DNA from: a virus
Reading direction: 5' to 3' (one strand)
IMG/VR virus record: IMGVR_UViG_3300037851_000037
Coordinates: 1-50,990 of that record
Length of the DNA stretch: 50,990 nucleotides
Both the position numbers and the translations under genes were made by a program. Shown here one piece after another: positions 26,553-34,616 of this stretch (its first letter is position 1; every line of letters starts with the position of its first letter). Under the pieces are notes generated by a model, which saw only the letters and a program-made list of their open reading frames with translations, was not told the DNA's origin and searched no databases.

Positions 26553-26834
26553 TCAATCGCCGAATTTTTCGGCGACCAGCTTGTCGATGTCGCGCCGGAC
26601 GGCGCGCGCCGCCCGGACGATTTCCTGGACGACGCGGGCGTCGATGTCGTCGCCCTTGCGCGCCGCCTGTTTATTAAGGCGGTAACGTAACCGGACCAGT
26701 TCGGCGCGGAATTTCGCGACGGCGCGCCGGTCCGCCGCCCGGAACAGGCGCGCGAATTTACCGCGAACGACGACGCGGGTCGCGTTCATCGCGCCGTTAA
26801 TTTCGTTCCGCCCTTTGTCGACCAGTCGTTCCAT
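26553..26834 (-). CDS. Small basic helical protein; start ambiguous (26834, 26864 or 26870)
   Basis: ORF MERLVDKGRNEINGAMNATRVV... The upstream in-frame codons (MSPDFSKIAN) coincide with promoter copy P2, which is why the shorter form is preferred. Confidence 0.55.
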   Translation of the reverse strand: MERLVDKGRNEINGAMNATRVVVRGKFARLFRAADRRAVAKFRAELVRLRYRLNKQAARKGDDIDARVVQEIVRAARAVRRDIDKLVAEKFGD

Positions 26835-26841
26835 ATTCGCG

Positions 26842-26870
26842 ATTTTACTAAAATCGGGGGACATTGTCAA
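26842..26870 (-). promoter_or_regulatory. Sigma70-like promoter P2: TTGACA-N17-TAAAAT
   Basis: Minus strand TTGACAatgtcccccgattttagTAAAAT. -35 at 26870-26865 and -10 at 26847-26842. The spacer core GTCCCCCGATTTTAG is shared with P1 and P3. Confidence 0.65.
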
Positions 26871-27157
26871 GCCCTATTTTTTAACCATTCGCCGAACGGT
26901 AAACCCGAATCGGCGCGTAAATATTCCAGGTAACGTCGACGGGACCGGGGGACTTTTCGCGGGACGCCGATGTCCAGGTATTCGACGCCGTCCGTCGGAT
27001 GATATGGTCCGTCGCGTCCGGGCGGGTCGTCGTCCAGGTTAACGCGGATATGGGGACCGGACGCCCCGACGATTATTCCCGGTTTCCCGTAAACGATAAC
27101 CCGGCGGTTAATTTCCGCCGGAACCCCGTAATATTCCAGGATGTATTCCAGTCCCAT
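26867..27157 (-). CDS. Hypothetical protein (96 aa)
   Basis: ORF starting 1 nt after the upstream stop. Genome-typical codons. Confidence 0.6.
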   Translation of the reverse strand: MGLEYILEYYGVPAEINRRVIVYGKPGIIVGASGPHIRVNLDDDPPGRDGPYHPTDGVEYLDIGVPRKVPRSRRRYLEYLRADSGLPFGEWLKNRA

Positions 27158-27158
27158 T

Positions 27159-28658
27159 TTATACCTGATAAAATTTCGACGTTTGAGGTAACAGGACGAA
27201 CAGATTTTCCCGCGCCCTGGTCGCGCCGACGTAAAAGGTTCTATGTTCGTCCGCCGGGTCCGCGTAATATCCGGCGAACGTCCGCCGGGTTAGGTCCGTA
27301 AACATCGCGACGTTATCCGATTCGCCGCCTTTAACCGCGTGAATTGTATCGATTACGACGCGCGGCGGGCGTAACAGGTTTTCCCCGCGCCTTAAAACCG
27401 ATATATAAAATTCCCGTTTCCGTAATGAAATCCCTTGTAAAACTTTGTGCCATATCCCCAGGTCCCCTAGTTTCAGTTCCCCCGGCGAATACGTCCTTTT
27501 CGGGTCGATGTCGTCCGACGACCGTCCGGGGATACGGTCCAGGACGGCGACCGCGTCCGCGCCGGAAATTGATTTCCCCGCCCGGATTTTCTTTTCGTAA
27601 GCGACAATCGCGCGGGCGTCGTCGGGGTCGACGGACTGGTTCCCCCGATGAACGTATGTAACCCCCTGGGTTTCCGCAAGGCGGACGAACCTGGACAGGA
27701 AATGGGAATTCCGCGCGAGTAAATACCAGGACCCCGACGACAGGTCCAGGAAATCGAATTCGCGGGCGAACTGGACGGAACCGTCGGCGTCCCTGGGCGA
27801 CCAGGATTTCGGATAACGCCTGTCCAGGCGTTCGATAATTTCGCGGGCGAATTCGAAAACCGTCCGGGGAAGTCGATACGATTTCGGTAAAACTTCCCGC
27901 GTCGTCGCGGGGATGGATAAAAACTGTTCGATGTCCGCGCCCGCCCATTTATAAATCGACTGGTCGTCGTCCCCGGCGATATGGACCGTCGTCGCGTTCG
28001 CGAACGCCTGGGCGACTACCGCCCATTGTAACGGGTTCAAGTCCTGGGATTCGTCGATAATCGCGACATCGACCGGGACGGCGGAACAGTCGGACAGGAA
28101 CAGGGTTAACATATCGGTAAAGTCGACCAGGGACAGGTCCCGTTTATACAGTTCCAGGGCGTCGGCGAACTGTTTAAGGCGGAACCATTCCATATCGTCG
28201 CCGCCGTATAAATAATAAATCGTCGCAAGGGGACAACGGACCGCGCGGGCGTATGATTCCAGGAAAACCATTCGGTCCCCCAGGGGAATCGTAAACGGTC
28301 CATCGTCCCCGGCGGACAAGTCCCCTTTGATTTCGACGCCTAACAGTTCCCCCAGTTCGCGGAAATTTTTCGGGGACATAACGGTCGACCGGGACAGTCC
28401 CAGTTCGCGGAAACAAAGGGAATGAATCGTCCGAAAATACGGGAAGTCGTCGCGGACCAGTTTAAACTTTTCCGTCGCGCGGTCGATTGCTTCCCGGACC
28501 GCCTTGCGCGTAAACGATACGAACGCGATTCGGTCCGGCGGCGTCCCGCGCGAAAGTTCCGCGTCCAGGATTTCCAGTAACCGGGTCGTTTTCCCGGACC
28601 CTGGTCCGCCCAGGACAAGGTTTAAATTATATGGTAATCCCGACGCCGGATTAAACAT
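27159..28658 (-). CDS. UvrD-like SF1 DNA helicase (copy 2)
   Basis: 499 aa. Motifs LGGPGSGKTT, IIDESQDLN, GDDDQSIYKWAGA, TIHAVKGGESDNV and YVGATRARENL. Confidence 0.85.
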   Translation of the reverse strand: MFNPASGLPYNLNLVLGGPGSGKTTRLLEILDAELSRGTPPDRIAFVSFTRKAVREAIDRATEKFKLVRDDFPYFRTIHSLCFRELGLSRSTVMSPKNFRELGELLGVEIKGDLSAGDDGPFTIPLGDRMVFLESYARAVRCPLATIYYLYGGDDMEWFRLKQFADALELYKRDLSLVDFTDMLTLFLSDCSAVPVDVAIIDESQDLNPLQWAVVAQAFANATTVHIAGDDDQSIYKWAGADIEQFLSIPATTREVLPKSYRLPRTVFEFAREIIERLDRRYPKSWSPRDADGSVQFAREFDFLDLSSGSWYLLARNSHFLSRFVRLAETQGVTYVHRGNQSVDPDDARAIVAYEKKIRAGKSISGADAVAVLDRIPGRSSDDIDPKRTYSPGELKLGDLGIWHKVLQGISLRKREFYISVLRRGENLLRPPRVVIDTIHAVKGGESDNVAMFTDLTRRTFAGYYADPADEHRTFYVGATRARENLFVLLPQTSKFYQV

Positions 28659-28864
28659 TCCCAGTTCCCCAGGGTCCCGACATAAAACCCGATTCCGTCG
28701 ACCATCCGGTCGGACAGGTTTTCGAAAACGATTTCCTGTTTATCCGGTCGGACGAAAACGACCAGGACCCGCGCCGGTCGGATTTCGACGACGCGGTAAC
28801 GCCGGACCCCCAGGTCCGTTAACGACTGTTCCAGGTCGTCGCGGGTTATGATTTCGCCGTCCAT
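28622..28864 (-). CDS. Hypothetical protein (80 aa)
   Basis: ORF coupled by TAATG to the upstream gene. Overlaps the helicase start by 37 nt. Confidence 0.5.
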   Translation of the reverse strand: MDGEIITRDDLEQSLTDLGVRRYRVVEIRPARVLVVFVRPDKQEIVFENLSDRMVDGIGFYVGTLGNWECLIRRRDYHII

Positions 28865-29115
28865 TACGACAAGGTCGCGATATTTGTCCGAACCATTTCG
28901 TTAACCAGGGCGACGGCGCGTTCCGCGTCGGGTCCCGCCGGAACATTAAGCGTAACGCCCAGGACGACGTCGGCGACATCGGCGACGAACCAGTCGACGA
29001 ACTGGTCGAATGTCCTGTTTTTTTGATAATAACCGAACAGTTTCATCCCCTGGGCGATGTCCAGTTCGGTCGCCCCGCGAAAAATTTTCCCGTCCGTCAA
29101 AGTTAACTGTTTCAT
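28864..29115 (-). CDS. Hypothetical protein (83 aa)
   Basis: ORF with TAATG coupling at both ends. Confidence 0.6.
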   Translation of the reverse strand: MKQLTLTDGKIFRGATELDIAQGMKLFGYYQKNRTFDQFVDWFVADVADVVLGVTLNVPAGPDAERAVALVNEMVRTNIATLS

Positions 29116-29462
29116 TATTCGGCGTCCTTTTCGTTAAGGTTTCCGGGGATGGTAATCGTAATCCCCCGGCGATTTAACAGGGATATTATAACCGAAATCA
29201 AGTCGCGTTTTTCAGCGTCCCAGAAAATCGCGAAATTAAAACCTGGTCCCTGTCTGGTTCCGATTCGGGACGCGACCAGGGTCCCGTCCAGGTAAAGGTT
29301 TAGGGGCGGGCTATCATAAAATATAAACGAAATTTGTTTCGACCAGGATACCGCCACGTCGGAACCGACGTTGAATTCCCGACCATTTATCAGGGCGTCG
29401 ACGGCGGCGGCGACGTTCCGGCGTAACATCATATCGTCCCAGTTTACGTCCGCGCCGCCCAT
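29115..29462 (-). CDS. Hypothetical protein (115 aa)
   Basis: ORF abutting the exonuclease gene. Genome-typical codons. Confidence 0.6.
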   Translation of the reverse strand: MGGADVNWDDMMLRRNVAAAVDALINGREFNVGSDVAVSWSKQISFIFYDSPPLNLYLDGTLVASRIGTRQGPGFNFAIFWDAEKRDLISVIISLLNRRGITITIPGNLNEKDAE

Positions 29463-30062
29463 TTAAAAATCCCCGCCGGTTAATTTCGCCTTTGTTTTTT
29501 CCAGGGCGACCAGGATGTCGACAGTCGCCCGGACATCGACAAGGGCGTTATGCGCGCCCGACAGCGGCGCGCCTTTAAAATACGAATACGTTTCGCCCAG
29601 GGTCGGAAACTTGTAACCGTAACGACCCGGTAATTTTAGGATGTCCGTCGACGTTTTCATCGTACAAACGCGGGGGATTTTCCCGCGCCGAAGTAATACC
29701 GGGTCCAGGATTTCGCGCCGGTATTCGGACAGCATAACCAGGATGTCGAAATCGATGTTATGTCCGACAATCCGGTCCGCCCGTTTTAAAAGGTTATTGA
29801 AAATTGATACAGCGACTTTCGTCGACATCCCGAACGCCTTAACATCGGCGTCGAAAATTTTATGGACTTTAGACGCGTCCGGCGGAATCGGAACGCCGGG
29901 GTCTACCAGGATGTTAATTTCTGATTTTATTTCGGCGACTTTTTCGGTCGTTTGAACCAGGACCGCCGCGAGTTGTACAAGGCGCGGTTGATTGTCGACC
30001 TTGTCGGGGTTTTTAAAATCTGCTTTCCCCGTCGTTTCCGTATCGAATACAAGCGTTTTCAT
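29463..30062 (-). CDS. DnaQ-like DEDDh 3'-5' exonuclease
   Basis: 199 aa. Exo I VFDTETTG, Exo II VGHNIDFDI and Exo III GAHNALVDV. Confidence 0.85.
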   Translation of the reverse strand: MKTLVFDTETTGKADFKNPDKVDNQPRLVQLAAVLVQTTEKVAEIKSEINILVDPGVPIPPDASKVHKIFDADVKAFGMSTKVAVSIFNNLLKRADRIVGHNIDFDILVMLSEYRREILDPVLLRRGKIPRVCTMKTSTDILKLPGRYGYKFPTLGETYSYFKGAPLSGAHNALVDVRATVDILVALEKTKAKLTGGDF

Positions 30063-30463
30063 TGTTCACCCTTTGCTAGTTTCGGGTTATCCGTTCGCCG
30101 GACGACCGTCCGGTCGATTTCGATTACATATTTAATTCCCGCCCGGTCCAGTAATTCCCGGAAATGTTCCTGTTTCGGTCCATAAATCATAACGTCGGCG
30201 GTTTCCAGAAGTTTCGCGACCTGGGAAACCTGTAACGTCGATTTACCGATGGTCCGCCCCGACAGGTTTATTTGGGCGGGCGGCGTCGGCGGTTCCGGTT
30301 CGCGCGGGCGCGGCGGCGACCAGTCCGGTTTCCGGCGGCGTTCCCTGTCCGCAAGGTCGCGACCCATTGCGAAAAACATCCGTTTATATTTCCTGTCCTG
30401 GGACCAGTTCCGTAACAGGACCAGGACGACGCCGACCAGTAAACCGATTCCGAATTTAACCAT
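30059..30463 (-). CDS. Membrane-anchored hypothetical protein
   Basis: 134 aa. N-terminal TM helix FGIGLLVGVVLVLL. SD ccagggggaacggtaATG. ATGA overlap downstream. Confidence 0.6.
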   Translation of the reverse strand: MVKFGIGLLVGVVLVLLRNWSQDRKYKRMFFAMGRDLADRERRRKPDWSPPRPREPEPPTPPAQINLSGRTIGKSTLQVSQVAKLLETADVMIYGPKQEHFRELLDRAGIKYVIEIDRTVVRRTDNPKLAKGEQ

Positions 30464-30478
30464 TACCGTTCCCCCTGG

Positions 30479-30670
30479 TTATATTGTTAAAAGGATAATC
30501 CCGATAAATATTATTCCGCCGACAGCTAATATAAAGAACGAAACCCCGTTGATTAAATCCTGTCTTTTCCCCCAGGTTCGTAACTTGTTAAATGCTTCCG
30601 CCCGTTCCTGGTCGGACATTCGTTCCCATTCCTGTCGACTTATTAATCTTGGACCGATAAGCGCGCCCAT
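30479..30670 (-). CDS. Small membrane protein (63 aa, C-terminal TM helix)
   Basis: SD taaaggggaataataATG. Hydrophobic tail VSFFILAVGGIIFIGIILL. Confidence 0.55.
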   Translation of the reverse strand: MGALIGPRLISRQEWERMSDQERAEAFNKLRTWGKRQDLINGVSFFILAVGGIIFIGIILLTI

Positions 30671-30682
30671 TATTATTCCCCT

Positions 30683-32194
30683 TTAAAAGTCGTCCCCCCG
30701 TTCATCGACGCGCGGCGGGTCCAGGTCGCCGTCGATTTTTTTCGGTTCGGGAATGTTCCATACGCGAACGCACTTCCCTTTAATATTAAACTGGGAATGT
30801 CCGGCGTTTAAGGCGCGCAGTATTCGCCACGCATCCCGCGCCGTTTTTATTTGATAAAATCTGTTTTGGTCCAGGAATTTTAACAGGTCGCCCGCCCGGA
30901 AATAAACGCGCCCGTCGTCGACCCATGGTTTCCCCAGGATGATTTCGTCGCGGGACCGGGCGACCCCCCGGTCCGTCGCGAACTGGTCGACCAGGGTTAA
31001 AAACTGTCCGTCGATTCCGGCGTCCAGGGGCGCGTCGATGGTTTCGACCCTTTGTAATAACCTTTGAATAATCCCGTCCCATACTTTCGGACGGACTTTC
31101 GATGGTAATATGTTCATCCGTTCGATAATCAGGACGCGGAACCGTTCCTGGGATAACAGGTCGACCGTCGACGGAAGTTCGACCCGGACCCCATCGACAT
31201 CGATAATCCAGGTCGGCGGCGTCGTTTCAATTTTTACCAGTCCGCCGAAAGTAACGCCGGGGTCGTCGTCGTTTCCGGCGATACCGAATTCCCGCGTTAA
31301 ACATATCGTCCGGTTACAAACGCCGGAAATCGGATGGTCGTTACATTTATACGAATACGACTTTCGGCGTAACGATTTTATTATCGTTTGAATTTCCCGC
31401 GACTGTAACGGCGGGTCCATAAAACGCGAATTCATTTCGTCGACTTTGGTTTCCCAGTCGTCGCCGTATTTTTTCCGGGCGAAAACGCCCAGGTTAAAAA
31501 GTCCGTTATTGCGGGTCCCGTCCGGGAACCCGGCGGTCGACAGCGTTTGTAAACAGGGCGGCGCGCCGTCCAGGAAAACGTCCCCCGGCGTTTTTATCGC
31601 GACCAGGGCGGCGACCGATACCTGGACCGCGTCGGCGTAATCTAGGAACGCGGACAGGGACAGGCGCGCGCCGTCGCGAATCGCGTATCTGTCCGTTTTA
31701 TCGCCGCCGAAATATGGAATGTTTATCCAGTTCCCGACGTCGTCGTCGGACGCTAACTGGACTTGTTTCGGGAAAATTTCGACTTTTCCGAACCCCAGGG
31801 TTATCGCCCATTCCATCAATTTTTCGCGGACCAGTTTCGCGGGCGTCGGTTCGGATGTAAAAAGGTATAGATGTATTCCGCCGGATTTCGTCCGACAAAT
31901 AACCAGGGGGAAACCGAAACCCTTTATCCTGGTTTCGATTTCCCCCATATTTAAACCGTCGTATATGTCGACATCAATCGCGCCGAAACGACAGGTCGCG
32001 TCGTCGTCGATGGGAACGATTCCAAGTCCCGCCGCGCCTTTGATATGGGCGGCGTAAAGGTCCCGCGTAACCGGACCCTGGACTGTCCGCGCGCGTCCCT
32101 GGACTTTATTTTTCGCGATGTCCTTTTTCCCGATGGTATAAATTCCATACGCGCGGGACAATCCGCGAAACCTGTCGGCGAATCGTTCGACCAT
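30683..32194 (-). CDS. Archaeo-eukaryotic-type primase-polymerase (PrimPol) with a C-terminal extension
   Basis: 503 aa. Contains LGIVPIDDDATCRFGAIDVDIYD (DxD) and RTKSGGIHLYLF (sGGxH). No Walker A motif, so no fused helicase. Confidence 0.75.
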   Translation of the reverse strand: MVERFADRFRGLSRAYGIYTIGKKDIAKNKVQGRARTVQGPVTRDLYAAHIKGAAGLGIVPIDDDATCRFGAIDVDIYDGLNMGEIETRIKGFGFPLVICRTKSGGIHLYLFTSEPTPAKLVREKLMEWAITLGFGKVEIFPKQVQLASDDDVGNWINIPYFGGDKTDRYAIRDGARLSLSAFLDYADAVQVSVAALVAIKTPGDVFLDGAPPCLQTLSTAGFPDGTRNNGLFNLGVFARKKYGDDWETKVDEMNSRFMDPPLQSREIQTIIKSLRRKSYSYKCNDHPISGVCNRTICLTREFGIAGNDDDPGVTFGGLVKIETTPPTWIIDVDGVRVELPSTVDLLSQERFRVLIIERMNILPSKVRPKVWDGIIQRLLQRVETIDAPLDAGIDGQFLTLVDQFATDRGVARSRDEIILGKPWVDDGRVYFRAGDLLKFLDQNRFYQIKTARDAWRILRALNAGHSQFNIKGKCVRVWNIPEPKKIDGDLDPPRVDERGDDF

Positions 32195-32205
32195 CGGCGA
32201 CCCCC

Positions 32206-33048
32206 TTACATTTCGGGAATGTCGTCGTTATCGTTCCTCGACCCGGCGTCCGGCGGCGGTTCGTTCGGGATGGTCGCCGACCCCGCCTTTACGCGTTCGC
32301 GGAAGTCTTTCGCCGCAAGGTAAAGGTCCAGCTCGCCGTCGCCGATGGGATGGTCGATTTCGACCTTGTAACCTTTCCAGGTCCCCAGGTCGTTTGATTC
32401 GGTAACGGTCGACAGGCGGTAAACGTGAGAGAACAGGGGCGGCGTAAACAGGCGATTGTCTTTCGACCGGAATTTAATCCCGTCGGCGATGGATAACCAC
32501 GCCCGCGACTTTTTAATTTGCGTCGACGTAAAGGCGATTAACACCGGGACGAACGCGCCGCCGTCGCGAATCATTAACGCGAAATGGTAACGCGTATCCA
32601 TCAATTCGTTACCGTTCGATAACAGGAATTTCCCCCGGTCGTTCCTGGTCGCCTTGCGGACGATGTCGTCGTCGGGTTTATGGGACCCCCGGAACCCGCC
32701 GCCCTGGTCGCGCGGAACCCATTCGACGAACAGGCGGACGAAATGGGCGGGGACGACCTGGACCGTATCGCCGTAAACTTCCCCGGTTACGGAATTGAAA
32801 AAGTCGCCCGGTTTCGCGCCCTTGATATACGCGCCGGAATCGGGGTCGCATTGCGGCGACATTTTTTGCAGGATGGACAGGAACGGAACCGCGAACGAAT
32901 CGGCGTCCGTATTTTCGAAACCCATCCCCGCGTCGGCGGCGAAATCAATTCCCTTTGCCGGTAACGCGGACCCCGCGCCCGCCTTTACCATCGCCGTCGA
33001 TTTTTCGTCGGGCGTCGGCGCGCCGCCCTTTTTCTTACTTGTTCCCAT
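32206..33048 (-). CDS. Replication-module protein of unknown function (possible ssDNA-binding or annealing role, guessed from position only)
   Basis: 280 aa. SD gaaaagggaaacgttaATG. I could not confidently assign a family signature. Confidence 0.6.
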   Translation of the reverse strand: MGTSKKKGGAPTPDEKSTAMVKAGAGSALPAKGIDFAADAGMGFENTDADSFAVPFLSILQKMSPQCDPDSGAYIKGAKPGDFFNSVTGEVYGDTVQVVPAHFVRLFVEWVPRDQGGGFRGSHKPDDDIVRKATRNDRGKFLLSNGNELMDTRYHFALMIRDGGAFVPVLIAFTSTQIKKSRAWLSIADGIKFRSKDNRLFTPPLFSHVYRLSTVTESNDLGTWKGYKVEIDHPIGDGELDLYLAAKDFRERVKAGSATIPNEPPPDAGSRNDNDDIPEM

Positions 33049-33096
33049 TAACGTTTCCCTTTTCTGGTTAGATGGTCCCGTTATACCAGGACCCGG

Positions 33097-33672
33097 TTAC
33101 TTTTTCGACGACGATTTCGGGGACGAAATTTTCGTCGACTTGAATTCGTAAACGCCCAGGATGTCGTCGGGCGTCGGTAATCCCTGTTCCCGGCGTTCCT
33201 TAACGACGGCGGTTAACGTATTCCAGGGGACCGATATATCCTGTTCGACGTTCCGCCCGTCCTTTTTCAGTTCATCAACCAGGGCGGTCGCCGCCGAATC
33301 TTCCCCGCGACCGAACATCGCGACGACCTTGTTCTTTATGATGGACCCCAGGTTATTGTCGCGTAACCATTTGAACGCCGCGTCCCGATATTTTTCGGGG
33401 ATGGACGCCCGGACGCCGGACTTGATTTCGACCCGCTCGCCCGTATCCAGGCGGAAGTCCGTCAAACCGATTTCGGACATCGCCGTCGGGATGTCGATTT
33501 CGGATAACTGTTTTTCGGCGTCCTTTTGGGTTTTCAACTGGGTTTCCAGGTTCGCGATTGTCGCCTGGACGTTCAAAAGGTCGCGCGCAAGTTTCCGAAC
33601 GCGCCCCAGGTCGTCGTCGGTTACGTCGACCCGCGCGTCGGCGTCGAACATATCCTTTAATTCATCGGACAT
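33097..33672 (-). CDS. Replication-module protein with an N-terminal coiled coil; function unknown
   Basis: 191 aa. SD agaaaaggggaaccgaaaATG. Confidence 0.6.
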   Translation of the reverse strand: MSDELKDMFDADARVDVTDDDLGRVRKLARDLLNVQATIANLETQLKTQKDAEKQLSEIDIPTAMSEIGLTDFRLDTGERVEIKSGVRASIPEKYRDAAFKWLRDNNLGSIIKNKVVAMFGRGEDSAATALVDELKKDGRNVEQDISVPWNTLTAVVKERREQGLPTPDDILGVYEFKSTKISSPKSSSKK

Positions 33673-33698
33673 TTTCGGTTCCCCTTTTCTGTTCCTGG

Positions 33699-34037
33699 TT
33701 ATTGAATATTAAACGCGACCCGAATATACGACCGCGTTTCCCTGTCCCATTTTAACATCGCGACCCGACCGTCGTTCGTTCGGGCGGCGACCGCGACGAC
33801 GATTCCGATAACGACCGGGTCCCCGACTGCTAGTATCGAATCAGCGTCGGAAAAATTTTTCAGTTTCGACCGGATGTCGGCGACCAGGGGACCCGGCGAC
33901 AAGGGCGAACGATTCGACCCCAGTAACGGGGTTAATTCGCCGTATACCGCCGCCGGACTGAAATCGAAAACCGGGACCCGCGCGCCGGTTTCCTGGTCGC
34001 GTTTTAAAGGTTCCTGGACGATGTAAACTTTTCCCAT
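33699..34037 (-). CDS. Hypothetical protein (112 aa)
   Basis: SD aaaaagggctttcaaaaATG. Genome-typical codons. Confidence 0.6.
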   Translation of the reverse strand: MGKVYIVQEPLKRDQETGARVPVFDFSPAAVYGELTPLLGSNRSPLSPGPLVADIRSKLKNFSDADSILAVGDPVVIGIVVAVAARTNDGRVAMLKWDRETRSYIRVAFNIQ

Positions 34038-34052
34038 TTTTGAAAGCCCTTT

Positions 34053-34616
34053 TTAAATGTAAGCGAACATCCGACCGTCGGCGATTCGTTCGACCGTATC
34101 GACGGGAACCCCGAATCGTCCGGCGACGGCGGCGAAATCCTGTCCCAGTTCCAGGGCGCGTTTAATCCAGTAAGCGTCGTTTTCCATCGCGTCCGGCGTC
34201 CGACCGGGAAAAAACTGTAACCAGTTCGATAAGTCCTGGTTTCGGTCCCAGGTAACAAGGCGCAAGTTCCCGAATCGATTGTCCGCCCGGTCGCCGTTTA
34301 TATGATGGATAACGAATTCATCGGGAACGAAAAACCCGGCGACGATACGGAAAACAAGGGAATGGGCGGCGATGGAAAATTTCGCCTTTGTCCCGTTCGT
34401 AAATGTCAAGTCGACGCGGCGATAACCGTTCGACGACAAATGTTTGTCCGCAAGTTTCGCCGGACCGGGGACGACGACCCGACCCCATCGATTCGCGTAT
34501 GGAAATTTAACGCGGTAAATTCGACCCGCGCCGTCGACGGCGAAAATCCCCTGGGCGATATGCCAGTCGATAACCTGTCGACGTTTCCATTCGACGACTT
34601 TGGATTTACCGTCCAT
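34053..34616 (-). CDS. HNH endonuclease (free-standing, homing-type)
   Basis: 187 aa. Contains HSLVFRIV...VIHHINGDRADNRFGNLRLVTWDRNQ (H-N-H). Its start overlaps the SNF2 3' end by 11 nt. Confidence 0.8.
   Translation of the reverse strand: MDGKSKVVEWKRRQVIDWHIAQGIFAVDGAGRIYRVKFPYANRWGRVVVPGPAKLADKHLSSNGYRRVDLTFTNGTKAKFSIAAHSLVFRIVAGFFVPDEFVIHHINGDRADNRFGNLRLVTWDRNQDLSNWLQFFPGRTPDAMENDAYWIKRALELGQDFAAVAGRFGVPVDTVERIADGRMFAYI

Noticed and set aside
26518-26556. N-terminal extension MKIPRKIERKGQE of helicase 1
   Set aside because: It translates the conserved UTR box and the SD. The ATG at 26517 has a properly spaced SD.
33049-33096. TATAAC hexamer upstream of the gene at 33048 as a fourth early promoter
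   Set aside because: The only -35 candidate is TCGAAA, and the conserved GTCCCCCG spacer is absent.
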